DNA of 64,000 bases from an uncultured candidatus Brocadiaceae bacterium (lineage in GTDB: Bacteria; Planctomycetota; UBA1135; UBA2386). Positions within the stretch are counted from its first letter, which is position 1; every line of letters starts with the position of its first letter. The position numbers were made by a program, and so were the translations under genes. Below, one piece after another: positions 10,516-20,145 of the stretch. The DNA lies in the NCBI GenBank assembly GCA_964543795.1, contig CAZIZN010000004.1:189176-253175 (forward strand), read 5' to 3'. The notes beneath the pieces were generated by a model, which worked only from the letters and a program-made list of their open reading frames with translations, had not been told where the DNA came from and made no database searches.

Positions 10516-12162
10516 TCAGCGCGCCGACAACACACGGAGGCGCAGCACGGATCCGCCTTCGCGGGCGTCCAGGTCGAGGTAGCCGATGTGCCGTTGCGGA
10601 ATGCGCGACGCGTCGAACTCGGCACCGCCGAGTTGCGCACCGATGCGTTCGAACAACGGCCCGAGATCGAGATCGAAGAGTCCGGTCACGCGATCGCCGC
10701 CGATCGACGCGACCGCGGCCGCCACCGCGGCATCGCGCTTGCCGCGGGCGCGTCCGGCGCGGCGATGCTCTTCCTGCACGAGCCACAACGTCTCGGGCTC
10801 GAAGCCGACCAGCACGGAGTCCTCGTGCACGGTGATGCAGGCGTCGATGCCGCCGCGCGGGCTGCGCAACTCGAGCACGTCGGGGGCGCCGCGCACCGCC
10901 GGCTCGACGATGCGGCCCATGCCGTGCAGTTCCGTGGCGCGCCGCAGGTCCTGGAACAGGTCCGACGCTGCCTTGCGGCTCTTCGCCCGCAACGAGTAGA
11001 CCGAGACGACCTCGGGAACTCCTTCGGCGCGACGGAACAGCAACTGGACCGTGCCGCCCGTGCCGAGCCGGCCCATGACGTTGCGATCGAAGTCCAGGCC
11101 GAGGTCGCGCAGCGCGTGCGCGATCGCGTGCAGCATGCGGCCGCCGCGCGGCGAACGCTGCGCGATCGAGGCGAGGTCCACCGACACGACGAGCCCGCCG
11201 AGCCCGCCGGCGGGCAGCGTCGGCAGCAGCGACCGCGCCGGCACGGCCTGCGTCGCCGCGAACCAGCCGTCGATCATCGGGCCGTCGCCCATGCGGTCGC
11301 CGGGGTGGCGTTCGACGGCATGCCCGCGCCCGCCGGCCGCATCGAAATCCAGCAGCACCGTGGCCGCGAAGCCCTGGCCCTCGGCCGCGAGCGACGCCAT
11401 GACGGCGCGCGCCCCACCGAGGCCCGACCACGACAGCACGAACTGCGGCACGCCGTCGCCGAGCGCCTCGACGCGGTGCGCCAGCCGCTGCCAGTCGCCG
11501 TAGACGAGCAGCGCGCCCGGGCCGGCCGCGAGGCGCTTCCTGAGTCCGACGAAACGCTCGTCGGCGGACAGCACCCGGCGCGGGGCCGCCGACGTGGCTG
11601 CCGGGGCCGGTGCGAGCAGTTCCTCGAGGGCGGTGCCGTCGTTGGCGACCAGCAGGTCGCGACCGACGACGGCGAGTTCGACCCGTCGTCCCGGAGCCGC
11701 CGCGGCGGCCGCCTCGCGCAGCGCGAAGGTCTGGTGCGCACCGAGCCGACGCTGCGGCACGGCGAGTTCCGGCCCCGCCAGCAAGGCACCGAGGCGGCCG
11801 GCCTCGTCCGGCTGGAGACGCGCACGCAGCACGAGCAGCGGCTGCCCGTCGGCGGGCAACACGGAGGTCAGCGCGAGTTCGACCTCGCCGGCGCTGCGCG
11901 CGAGCACACCCCGCACCAGGGCGAGGGCTCGCCCACCGGCATCGCCGCCGGCGGTCGGTTCGCCGCGGCCGAGCAGCACGTCGAACGCCGGGTCGGCGAG
12001 CAATCGATGCACGGCCCCCGAACCCCCGCTCCTCGCCCCCGCCGACTCGCCGTCGAGTGCGACGTAGACCATCGGCGCCTCGATCCGATCGACGAGCCGG
12101 AGCTCCTGCGCCGACACGGCGGCGACGAGCAGCAGGCCCGCGAAAGGGAGGCGCGCGATCAC
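10516..12162 (-). CDS. Secreted hypothetical protein, DUF3352-like
   Basis: Signal peptide ending AVSAQ; modules such as LSADERFVGLRKRL...LLVYGD resemble DUF3352-like planctomycete proteins (family assignment tentative). Confidence 0.7.
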   Translation of the reverse strand: MIARLPFAGLLLVAAVSAQELRLVDRIEAPMVYVALDGESAGARSGGSGAVHRLLADPAFDVLLGRGEPTAGGDAGGRALALVRGVLARSAGEVELALTSVLPADGQPLLVLRARLQPDEAGRLGALLAGPELAVPQRRLGAHQTFALREAAAAAAPGRRVELAVVGRDLLVANDGTALEELLAPAPAATSAAPRRVLSADERFVGLRKRLAAGPGALLVYGDWQRLAHRVEALGDGVPQFVLSWSGLGGARAVMASLAAEGQGFAATVLLDFDAAGGRGHAVERHPGDRMGDGPMIDGWFAATQAVPARSLLPTLPAGGLGGLVVSVDLASIAQRSPRGGRMLHAIAHALRDLGLDFDRNVMGRLGTGGTVQLLFRRAEGVPEVVSVYSLRAKSRKAASDLFQDLRRATELHGMGRIVEPAVRGAPDVLELRSPRGGIDACITVHEDSVLVGFEPETLWLVQEEHRRAGRARGKRDAAVAAAVASIGGDRVTGLFDLDLGPLFERIGAQLGGAEFDASRIPQRHIGYLDLDAREGGSVLRLRVLSAR

Positions 12163-12174
12163 GGCGCGGCCAGG

Positions 12175-12189
12175 GCAACTGGGGTGCCG
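12175..12189 (-). promoter_or_regulatory. Sigma54 -24/-12 promoter
   Basis: Minus strand CGGCAC-CCCAG-TTGC versus consensus TGGCAC-N5-TTGC; GG-N10-GC spacing exact; directly downstream of a sigma54 activator gene. Confidence 0.7.
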
Positions 12190-12224
12190 CCGCGCGAGCG
12201 ACCGCGCTCCTTGTCACACAAAGG

Positions 12225-12253
12225 GTTGCGACCGGTTTCCCGCGGTCCGCAAC
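12225..12253 (-). terminator. Possible hairpin/terminator after the sigma54 activator gene
   Basis: GTTGCG-ACCG...CGGT-C-CGCAAC stem with only a weak U-rich tail on the minus strand. Confidence 0.3.
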
Positions 12254-12271
12254 GTCGGTCGTGCGCACAGG

Positions 12272-12288
12272 TGTGCAGTTTCTGCACA
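12272..12288. promoter_or_regulatory. Palindromic upstream activator sequence candidate
   Basis: Perfect TGTGCAG-N3-CTGCACA about 110-125 bp upstream of the predicted sigma54 start site. Confidence 0.6.
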
Positions 12289-12310
12289 GCCGTCCCGGCA
12301 ACCGCCGAGA

Positions 12311-13903
12311 TCAGCCCGACGGGCGATCGCCGAGCTTGCCGTAGAGCGTGCCGCGGCTGATGCCGAGCAGGCGCGCCGCCTCGGCCTTGTTGCCCCGCGC
12401 CGCGTCGAGCGCCCGCGCGATCGCCCAGCGCTCGACGCTCGCGAGGTCGAGCGCGGGCAGCGGCCCACCGTCGTCGCGCGGCAGCGCTTCCTCCGCCGAC
12501 AGCTGCGACGGGTCGAGTTCGCCGTCGCCGGCCAGCGCCACGAGCCGCTGCAGTTCGTTCTCGAACTGCCGCAGGTTGCCGGGCCAGTTGCGCCGCCGCA
12601 GCGCGTCGAGCAGCGCCGGGCTCGCGCGCCGCGGCGCGGCCGCGCCGGCGGCCGAGGCACGCGCGAGGAAGTGGTCGACGAGCCGCGGGATGTCTTCGCG
12701 ACGTTCGCGCAGCGGCGGCAGCCGCACGACGACGACCGCGAGCCGGAAGTAGAGGTCCTCGCGCAACCGCCCCTCGGCGATCGCACGCAGCGGGTCGCGG
12801 TTGGTCGCCGCGAGCACGCGGACGTCGAGCGGGAACTCGCGGTCACCGCCGACGGGACGCACCGACCGCTCTTCGAGCGCACGCAGCAGGCGCGCCTGCA
12901 CGTCGATGTCCATCTCGGTGATCTCGTCCAGGAACAGCGTGCCGCCCGCCGCCTGGCGCAACAGCCCGACCCGGTCGCGATCGGCGCCGGTGAACGCGCC
13001 CTTCTGGTGACCGAACAGCTCGCTCTCGAACAGGCTCCTGCTGATCGCCGCGACGTTGACCGCGACGAAGTCGCCGCGCGCCCGCGCGCTGGCGAGGTGC
13101 AGCGCGCGGGCCGCCAGGCCCTTGCCGGTGCCGCTCTCGCCCGTGAGCAGCACGGGCAGGTCGCCGCGCGCGACGCGGTCGAGCACCCGCAGCGCGCGCA
13201 GGAACGCCGGCGCCTCGCCGACCATCGTCGGGAACGGGTGTTCGAGATCGGCGCGCGACAGCCGCTCTTCGGGCGCGGCGAGCACGGCGGCCTGGGTCTC
13301 GACGGTCGCGTGCAGCTCGCGGTTCTGCGCGGCGAGCGCCTCGGCCTGGCTGCGGTTCAGGGCGAGCAGCCGGTGCAGGTGCAACACGATCGCCCCCTGA
13401 TCGGCGAACGCGAGCAGCCAGGGCACGTCCCGCTCGGTGAACGCGCCGGCCTGGAAACGATGATCGAGGTACAGGCAGCCGAGCACGGCGTCGCCGACGC
13501 GCAGCGGTGCAGCGAGCACGGAACGCAGCCGCAGGTCGGCGACGCTCTGTGCGGCGCCCAGTTCGCCGTCCTGCGCATCCTCGCTGAAGACACCCTCGCC
13601 GCCGAACGCCCGCTCGAGGATCGTCGTCGACAGCTTGCGCTCGGGGTTCGCGACGGCTTCCCGATCGACGCTGCGCGCCACCTCCACGGTCCAGCGCCGC
13701 GCTCCTTCGCCGCGCGTAACCAGGAAGCCGCGCTCGGCGCCGAACAGACGGACCGCTTCGTCGACGAGCACCGTCAGCACCTGCTTCTGCCCCTCCGCCG
13801 CCGCCAGCTGACGATTGAGCCCGAGGATCGCCAGCCAGCGCGCGCGCTCGGCGTCGCCGCCGTCGCCGCGCAGCCGCTGCAGGAAGTCGGCCCAACGAGC
13901 CAC
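12311..13903 (-). CDS. Sigma54-dependent Fis-family enhancer-binding protein (GAF-AAA+-HTH)
   Basis: GAF domain, [63 protein letters not shown]; GTG start at 13903. Confidence 0.93.
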   Translation of the reverse strand: MARWADFLQRLRGDGGDAERARWLAILGLNRQLAAAEGQKQVLTVLVDEAVRLFGAERGFLVTRGEGARRWTVEVARSVDREAVANPERKLSTTILERAFGGEGVFSEDAQDGELGAAQSVADLRLRSVLAAPLRVGDAVLGCLYLDHRFQAGAFTERDVPWLLAFADQGAIVLHLHRLLALNRSQAEALAAQNRELHATVETQAAVLAAPEERLSRADLEHPFPTMVGEAPAFLRALRVLDRVARGDLPVLLTGESGTGKGLAARALHLASARARGDFVAVNVAAISRSLFESELFGHQKGAFTGADRDRVGLLRQAAGGTLFLDEITEMDIDVQARLLRALEERSVRPVGGDREFPLDVRVLAATNRDPLRAIAEGRLREDLYFRLAVVVVRLPPLRERREDIPRLVDHFLARASAAGAAAPRRASPALLDALRRRNWPGNLRQFENELQRLVALAGDGELDPSQLSAEEALPRDDGGPLPALDLASVERWAIARALDAARGNKAEAARLLGISRGTLYGKLGDRPSG

Positions 13904-13904
13904 G

Positions 13905-14258
13905 TCAGTTCGCCCCCGCCGCCGCGAGCAGCGCACGCAGGACGATCGCCTCGGCGTGCCGTTCGTGGCGATCGAGGCCGCCGTGCGCGGCGATCGCCGC
14001 ACGCAGCCGCGCGCCAATCTCGCCGACCGGCGCACCGGGCAACACCGCCGCGGCCAGCGCCGCCACGGCCGTCGCGGCCGGGCAGGCCGCCGCCTGCCAG
14101 CGCACCTCGGTGAGAGCACCCGCCGCGACACGCACGTGCATCACGACCTCGTCGCCGCACACGGGGTGCTCGGCGCGGCCGGTGCCGACGCCTTCGCCGG
14201 CGAGTTCGCCGGCGCCCTCGCCGCGCAGCAACAAGAGGCGCAGTGGTCCGGCGACCAT
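13905..14258 (-). CDS. IscU/SufU/NifU-N-like small scaffold protein
   Basis: HPVCGDEV and [10 protein letters not shown] resemble the NPxCGD and GCA motifs; no third Cys evident. Confidence 0.7.
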   Translation of the reverse strand: MVAGPLRLLLLRGEGAGELAGEGVGTGRAEHPVCGDEVVMHVRVAAGALTEVRWQAAACPAATAVAALAAAVLPGAPVGEIGARLRAAIAAHGGLDRHERHAEAIVLRALLAAAGAN

Positions 14259-14262
14259 GTCG

Positions 14263-14412
14263 TCAGGGCCGTTCGTCGAGCCCGGGGCACGGTGCGTCGG
14301 GCGGTCGCACCGGGGCGGGCGCCGCGCGGTCGAGGTAGGTGAACTCGTCGAGCAGGAAGTTGCAGCCGCCCGCGGCGAGGCAGACGACCAACATCGCCAG
14401 CGCGCGCGCCAT
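14263..14412 (-). CDS. Small putative lipoprotein (49 aa)
   Basis: MARALAMLVVCLAAGG-C lipobox-like start; fills the gap between lysA and the IscU-like gene on the same strand. Confidence 0.55.
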   Translation of the reverse strand: MARALAMLVVCLAAGGCNFLLDEFTYLDRAAPAPVRPPDAPCPGLDERP

Positions 14413-14435
14413 GCGCCCGGCGCGGCGACTCCGGC

Positions 14436-15731
14436 TCACAGGTCCACCTCGTCGGCCAGCAGTCGGGCGAAGGTCTCGCGGCACCGCACCAGCTGCACCC
14501 CGGCGCCGTCGACGAGCACCTCCGCCGGTCGCCGCCGGGTGTTGTAGTTCGAGGCCATGCTCGCACCGTACGCGCCGGCACCCAGGACCGCCAGCAGGTC
14601 GCCGCGCTCGCAGGGCGGCAGCGGCCACGCCCGTGCGAGGAAGTCGCCGGTCTCGCAGACCGGCCCGACGACGTCGACGGGCCGGGGCTCGCCGGCGCGC
14701 GCGGCGACCGGCACGATCGGATGGGCCGCGCCGTAGAGCGCGGGCCGCAGCAGGTCGTTCATCGCCGCGTCGACGAGCAGGAAGCGCGTGCCGCCCTGCG
14801 GCTTCTCGCCGATGACGCTGGTGATCAGCGCGCCGGCGTCACCGACGAGGTAGCGACCCGGCTCGACGACCGGCAGCCAGCCGCGCTCGCGCAGGCGCGG
14901 CAGCAGGGCCGCGGCGACCGTGCCGACGTCGAGCGCGTCGCCCTGGCCGTAACCGATGCCGAAGCCGCCGCCGAGGTCGTAGTGCGTGACGCCGGCCGAG
15001 CGCTCCGCGGCACCGTCGACGAACGCCGCCACCTTCGTGAAGGCGGCGAGGTACGGTGCGACGCTGCGCAGCTGGCTGCCGAGGTGCACGTGATAGCCGC
15101 GCAACACGAGGTTCGGGTCGTTCACGATCGCCGAGACGACCTCGCCGGCGCGGTCGATCGCGATACCGAACTTGTTGTCCCTCTTCGCGGTGCTGATGTA
15201 GGCGTGGGTCCCGGCGTCGACGTCGGGGTTGATTCGCAGCGCCACCGGCACCCGCGCGCCGGCCCGGCGCCCGGCCGCGGCCAGCAGCGGCAGTTCGTGC
15301 GCCGACTCGACGTTGAAGAAGAGCAGACCCGCGCCAACCCCCGCCTCGATCTCCCACGACTCCTTGGCGACGCCGGCGAACACCACGCGGTCGGTCGGCA
15401 ACCCCGCTGCGACCAGCCGCTCCAGCTCCCCACCGCTGACCACGTCGAAGCCGACGCCGAGCGCGTGCATGCGGCGCAGCAGCGTCAGGTTGGAGTTCGC
15501 CTTCACGGCGTAGCAGATCTGCGCCGACGGCCCGAACGCGCGCTGCACCGAGCGCACGCGGTCGTCGATCGCGGCACCGCTGTAGACGTAGAGCGGCGTA
15601 CCGAAGCGGGCGGCCAGGTCGCGCACCGGCACGTCCTCGCACCAGAGTTCGCCCCGGCGCAGGTGGAACGCGGCGTGGCCGGCGCCGGGCGCGGGCGATG
15701 GGCGGTGAGCAGCGGGGTCGGGATCGGACAT
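14436..15731 (-). CDS. lysA: Diaminopimelate decarboxylase
   Basis: YAVKAN PLP lysine, KFGI, HVHLGSQ, DLGGGFGI, EPGR, GPVCETGD, GAYGASMASNYN. Confidence 0.96.
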   Translation of the reverse strand: MSDPDPAAHRPSPAPGAGHAAFHLRRGELWCEDVPVRDLAARFGTPLYVYSGAAIDDRVRSVQRAFGPSAQICYAVKANSNLTLLRRMHALGVGFDVVSGGELERLVAAGLPTDRVVFAGVAKESWEIEAGVGAGLLFFNVESAHELPLLAAAGRRAGARVPVALRINPDVDAGTHAYISTAKRDNKFGIAIDRAGEVVSAIVNDPNLVLRGYHVHLGSQLRSVAPYLAAFTKVAAFVDGAAERSAGVTHYDLGGGFGIGYGQGDALDVGTVAAALLPRLRERGWLPVVEPGRYLVGDAGALITSVIGEKPQGGTRFLLVDAAMNDLLRPALYGAAHPIVPVAARAGEPRPVDVVGPVCETGDFLARAWPLPPCERGDLLAVLGAGAYGASMASNYNTRRRPAEVLVDGAGVQLVRCRETFARLLADEVDL

Positions 15732-15841
15732 CGCCGCGCATGCTGCAGGCCGGCACTCGTCGGCGCCAGACCCCTGGGCGTTCCCTGCCCGGCCGACCGC
15801 CCTCGCGACGAGCCCGCCTCCGACGGCGGCCGCCGGCGCGC

Positions 15842-16834
15842 TCAGGCGGGATCCGCCGCGGCCGCGAACTGCGCCTTGAGGCGGTCCAGCACGCGGCCGT
15901 GGATCTGGCAGATGCGCGCCGCGGACAGGCGCAGCCGACGCGCGACCTGCTTGCCCGTCATGCCCTCGAGGTAGTGCAGCTGCAGCACCTTCCACTCCAT
16001 CGGCTCGAGGTTCGCGCGCACCATGTCGAGCAGCTCCTGGCGGTTGATCACCTCGATCGGCGACTCACCGGCCTCGTCGGCGAGCAGTTCGACCTCGTCG
16101 AGTTCCTCGCCGCGGTCGAGGCCCCGGGCGGCCCGCACGAGGCAGGGCTCGAACCGGCGCACGAGCGCGGCCTCGGAGATGCCGAGATCGGCCGCGAGTT
16201 CGCTCGTCGTGGGCTCCCGTTCGAGCAGCATGCGCAGGCGCTGCAGGGCCGCCTCGCGTTCGCGCAGCCGACGCCGGTAGAGGCGCGGCAGGAAGTCCAT
16301 GTGTCGCAGCTCGTCGAGCATCGCGCCGCGCACCCGGATGCGCAGGAACGCCGTGAACTGGTCGCAGCGTTCGGGCCGGTAGCTGTCGATCGCCTGCATG
16401 AGTCCCCAGATCCCGGCGTGCACGAGGTCCTGCGTGTCGACGCTCGGCGGCAGGCGCTGCGCGAGCGTCTGCGCCATCGACTCCACGAGCGCCCGATGTC
16501 GCTCGATCAACTCGTTGCGCAGCGCGAGCTTGGTCCGCAGGACGCCGGGGCGCAGCCGGTAGCGGCGCAGTAGTTCGTCGGTGGCGACGCTGTCGTGCGG
16601 CCGCTGCCTCGCGCTCGCCGCGCCCACTGTGCTCGCCGCGCCCACTGTGCTCGCCGCGCCCACTGTGAGAGGGCCTGGGCTGGGGTCGTCGCTCGCCTCG
16701 TCGCCTTCGGCCGAAACGCCACCTCCGGCGCGACGCGCCGTGCGCGCGGTCTTCTCGAAGCAGGACTGCTCGAGGATCGGCGTCTTCCGGCCGCGCAACC
16801 GGCTGGCGACGCCATGCACGTTGTTGCTCACCAT
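15842..16834 (-). CDS. FliA/WhiG-family (sigma28-like) RNA polymerase sigma factor; start uncertain
   Basis: DLVHAGIWGLMQAIDSY, RVRGAMLDELR, region 3 EREPTTSELA, region 4 LSAARICQIH; true start may lie downstream of 16834. Confidence 0.85.
   Translation of the reverse strand: MVSNNVHGVASRLRGRKTPILEQSCFEKTARTARRAGGGVSAEGDEASDDPSPGPLTVGAASTVGAASTVGAASARQRPHDSVATDELLRRYRLRPGVLRTKLALRNELIERHRALVESMAQTLAQRLPPSVDTQDLVHAGIWGLMQAIDSYRPERCDQFTAFLRIRVRGAMLDELRHMDFLPRLYRRRLREREAALQRLRMLLEREPTTSELAADLGISEAALVRRFEPCLVRAARGLDRGEELDEVELLADEAGESPIEVINRQELLDMVRANLEPMEWKVLQLHYLEGMTGKQVARRLRLSAARICQIHGRVLDRLKAQFAAAADPA
16613..16667. repeat. 18-bp tandem repeat, 3 copies (GCTCGCCGCGCCCACTGT)
   Basis: Exact copies at 16613, 16631 and 16649; reads TVGAAS in the sigma-factor frame. 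Confidence 0.95.
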
Positions 16835-16969
16835 GTGCCACCCAACCACATCGGAGATCACCGCGCCGTCGTCGCGCGCTGCGATCTGCGTCGCAGTGCG
16901 TCTGCGTCGACCATCGACGACCGCGACGACTCGTACGCCGATGCGCGTCACGTGTCGTCGATGCGCAAG

Positions 16970-17494
16970 CTAGCCGCGTGTGCGTCGCGGCGCAACCGGC
17001 TTCTTCGCACTTCCGCGTGCGACACGACGCGCGTCGTCGGCATCGACGGCGTGCACGAAGAGACGCAGCGACTGCATCACTTCGCGCTCGGCCGCGCGCA
17101 TGCGTCGTCGATCCGCGGCGCGAACGTCGTCGAAGCCGCAGCAGTGCAGGATGCCGTGCACGACGTAGAGAGCGAGTTCCGCGCGCATCGTGTGGCCGTG
17201 CTCGCGCGCGGCGCGCGCCGCCGTCTCCACGCTGACGACGAGTTCAGCGGCGTCGCCGAGGTCGAACGAGATGACATCGGTCGGCGTCGGGTCGTCGAGG
17301 TGCTCGCCGTGGATGCGCGCGATCTCCGCGTCGTCGGTGAGCAGCAGCGAGACCTCGAGATCCCTTCGCCCGGCGTGATCGAGCGCGGCCCGGACCACGC
17401 GGCGCAGGAAGGTCCGATCGGTGCGCGGACGCGCCCGGTCGACGACGGCGAGGCGGAGTCGCGGCCGCGCCGGGCGCCGCCGCGAGGCGCTCAT
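16970..17494 (-). CDS. ybeY: rRNA maturation RNase YbeY
   Basis: PTDVISF and HGILHCCGFDD motifs; coupled to phoH. Confidence 0.9.
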   Translation of the reverse strand: MSASRRRPARPRLRLAVVDRARPRTDRTFLRRVVRAALDHAGRRDLEVSLLLTDDAEIARIHGEHLDDPTPTDVISFDLGDAAELVVSVETAARAAREHGHTMRAELALYVVHGILHCCGFDDVRAADRRRMRAAEREVMQSLRLFVHAVDADDARRVARGSAKKPVAPRRTRG

Positions 17495-18462
17495 CGCGCC
17501 CTCGCGCTGCCGGCGTCGCCGTAGGCATCGACGATGCGGCTCACGATCGGGTGCCGCACCACGTCGTCGGTGCCGAGCCGCACGATGGCGATGCCGTCGA
17601 CGGCGCCCAGCTTGCCGAGCGCGTCCGCGAGGCCCGAGCGCACGTTGCCCGGCAGGTCGATCTGCGACGGATCGCCCGTCACCACCATGCGCGAGCCTTC
17701 GCCGAGCCGGGTCAGGAACATCAGCATCTGCGGAATCGTCGTGTTCTGCGCCTCGTCGAGGATCACGAACGCGCGGTTCAGCGTGCGGCCGCGCATGTAG
17801 GCGAGCGGGCACACCTCCACCACCTCGCTCTCGAGCCAACGCGTGCGCGTGCGGGCGTCGACGAGGTCCTGCAGGGCGTCGTACATGGGCCGCAGGTAGG
17901 GATCGATCTTGGCCTGGAAGTCGCCGGGCAGGAAACCGAGCTTCTCGCCCGCCTCGACGGCGGGGCGCACGAGCACGATCCGGCGCACCGTGCCGCGCTT
18001 CATCGCCTCGATCGCCTTGGCGACGGCGAGGTAGGTCTTGCCCGTCCCGGCCGGCCCCGAGCCGAACACCACCTCGTGCTCGTCCATGGCCTGGAGGTAG
18101 CGCTCCTGACCCGGCGTGCGCGGGCGCACCGCGACGCTGCTCACGATCGGCGCCCGCAGGCCTCGCTCGGCGGCGGACCCCGGTTCACCGGGATCGGCGT
18201 GCAGCGTGGCGCGCAGCCGCTGCCCGACTTCCTGGGTCGACAGACGCCTGCCGGCGCGGATCGCCGCGAGACACTCCTCGAACACCTGCTGCACCACCTG
18301 CACGTGCCCCGCGTCGCCGAGCAACCGCAGGCTGCCGTCGCGCGCCAGCACGCTGATCCCGTGCAGTTCGCGCACCAGACGCGCATTGCTGTCGAGCGGT
18401 CCGAGCAGCGTCCTCGCCTCGTCGACCGACTGCACCGGGATGTGGACGTCCGCGTCGCTCAT
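17491..18462 (-). CDS. phoH: PhoH family ATPase
   Basis: GPAGTGKT, RPAVEAGEKLGFLPG, AYMRGRT, DEAQN, VRHPIV. Confidence 0.95.
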   Translation of the reverse strand: MSDADVHIPVQSVDEARTLLGPLDSNARLVRELHGISVLARDGSLRLLGDAGHVQVVQQVFEECLAAIRAGRRLSTQEVGQRLRATLHADPGEPGSAAERGLRAPIVSSVAVRPRTPGQERYLQAMDEHEVVFGSGPAGTGKTYLAVAKAIEAMKRGTVRRIVLVRPAVEAGEKLGFLPGDFQAKIDPYLRPMYDALQDLVDARTRTRWLESEVVEVCPLAYMRGRTLNRAFVILDEAQNTTIPQMLMFLTRLGEGSRMVVTGDPSQIDLPGNVRSGLADALGKLGAVDGIAIVRLGTDDVVRHPIVSRIVDAYGDAGSARAR

Positions 18463-18550
18463 GCGCTCGGAACTCTAGCGGTGACGCGGTGCGGTTCCTC
18501 GCACGGAAACCCGGCGGCGGGGTCCGGCCGCCCTCCGGCGGCGGCGCGAT

Positions 18551-19405
18551 TCACGCGATCCACACCAGGACCATGAACCAGGCGCAGAACGAGAACAGCA
18601 GACTGTCGACCAGATCGAGCACGCCGCCGTGGGCGGGCAGGAGGTGCGAGCTGTCCTTGGCGTTGCAGCGCCGCTTGAGCAGCGATTCGATCAGATCGCC
18701 CGTCTGGGTGGTGAAGTTCAGCACCAGCCCGACGAGCAGCACGCCCCACGTCGGCAGGTGCAGGCCGGCGGGCACCAGGAGCCAGACGTCGAGCGCGAGC
18801 GCGAGCGCGACCGACGCGGCGACGCTGCCGAGCGCGCCCTCGACGGTCTTGCCGGGGCTGATGTGCGGGATCAACTTGTGCCGGCCCAGCAACCGGCCGA
18901 CGCAGTATCCGCCGATGTCGCCGCCCTTGCAGACCAGCACGACGAACAGCACCGAGGGCAGCGAGCGGAAGCAGGTGCCGATCGCGAGATAGACCGGCCA
19001 GGCGATGAAGATGAAGCCGAGCAGCGTCGCGCCCTGCGTCTCGAGGCCCCGGCGCATGTCCTCGCGGCCGAGCGAGAGCACGGCGAGCGGGAACAGCAGC
19101 ACGAGCGTGCCCAGGACCAGCGGATAGAACTCGCGGTCGACCTCGTGCCAACCGAAGGAGAAGCCGCTCACCAGCAGCAGCGCGGTGGCGAGGAGCAGCA
19201 GCCGCGGCGCGACCGCGAAGCCGGCGTTGCGGAGCAGGTGGGTGTACTCCCAGACGCCGCCGAGACCGAGCAGCCCGAGCAATCCCGCCGACAGCGCGCC
19301 CTGGCGCAGGCCGAGGACCTCGTGCAGGTCGAGCCAGTAGACGAACGCGATCAGCGCGAGCATCGTCGGCGCCAGCACGGCGCGCATCCGCAGTTCGCTG
19401 GCCAT
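18551..19405 (-). CDS. cdsA: Phosphatidate cytidylyltransferase
   Basis: Multi-pass membrane protein; SPGKTVEG, GDLIESLLKR, KDS...PAHGGVLDLVDS. Confidence 0.93.
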   Translation of the reverse strand: MASELRMRAVLAPTMLALIAFVYWLDLHEVLGLRQGALSAGLLGLLGLGGVWEYTHLLRNAGFAVAPRLLLLATALLLVSGFSFGWHEVDREFYPLVLGTLVLLFPLAVLSLGREDMRRGLETQGATLLGFIFIAWPVYLAIGTCFRSLPSVLFVVLVCKGGDIGGYCVGRLLGRHKLIPHISPGKTVEGALGSVAASVALALALDVWLLVPAGLHLPTWGVLLVGLVLNFTTQTGDLIESLLKRRCNAKDSSHLLPAHGGVLDLVDSLLFSFCAWFMVLVWIA

Positions 19406-19407
19406 GG

Positions 19408-20145
19408 TCAATCGGGCCCGACGACGCGGCCGAACTTGCGCACGCGCCGCCCGTAGTCACGGAAGGCGGCGTGCAGATGGTCCCTGCCGAAATCGGGCCA
19501 GCACGCCTCGCAGACGTGGATCTCGGCGTAGCTGACCTGCCAGAGGAGGAAGTTGCTGATGCGGATCTCTCCCGCGGTGCGGATCAGCAGGTCGGGGTCC
19601 GGCAGTTCGGGCTGGTAGAGCCGCCGGCGGATGGCCTCCTCGTCGACGGCGTCGGCGGCGAGTGCGCCGGCGGCGACCTCGCGCGCGATCCGGCGGACCG
19701 CGTCGGTGATCTCCTGGCGCCCGCCGTAGCTGATCGCCAGGCACAGGCGCATGCCGTCGTTGGTCGCGGTCCGCGCCACCGTCTGGTCGAGCAGGGCGGC
19801 GATCTTCTGCGGCAGGCGCGCGCGGCGGCCCGCGTGCAGCAGGCGCACGCGGTTGTCCATCAACGTCGGCAGCTCGGCGACGAGGAAGCGCTCGAGCAGG
19901 CCGAACAGGAGGTCGATCTCGCGCTGCGGCCGCTGCCAGTTCTCCTCGGAGAACGCGTAGAGCGTCAGCGCCTCGACGCCGAGCCGCGCGCACTCGGTGA
20001 CCGTCGTGCGCACCGCATCGACGCCGCGCTCGTGACCGCGGATGCGCTCGAAGCCGGCGCGGCGGGCCCAGCGACCGTTGCCGTCCATGATCACCGCGAC
20101 GCTGCGCGGCACGACCAGGTCGTCGCTGGACGCACCGCGTGTCAC
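19408..20145 (-). CDS. uppS: Undecaprenyl diphosphate synthase
   Basis: IMDGNGRWA, YAFSEENWQRP, YGGRQEI, IRTAGEIRISNFLLWQ. Confidence 0.95.
   Translation of the reverse strand: MTRGASSDDLVVPRSVAVIMDGNGRWARRAGFERIRGHERGVDAVRTTVTECARLGVEALTLYAFSEENWQRPQREIDLLFGLLERFLVAELPTLMDNRVRLLHAGRRARLPQKIAALLDQTVARTATNDGMRLCLAISYGGRQEITDAVRRIAREVAAGALAADAVDEEAIRRRLYQPELPDPDLLIRTAGEIRISNFLLWQVSYAEIHVCEACWPDFGRDHLHAAFRDYGRRVRKFGRVVGPD

Noticed and set aside
16970-17494. YbeY with Asp replacing the third zinc His (HGILHCCGFDD) as inactivation
   Set aside because: GYDD/GFDD variants are, to my knowledge, common in YbeY, and the rest of the gene and its phoH linkage are intact.
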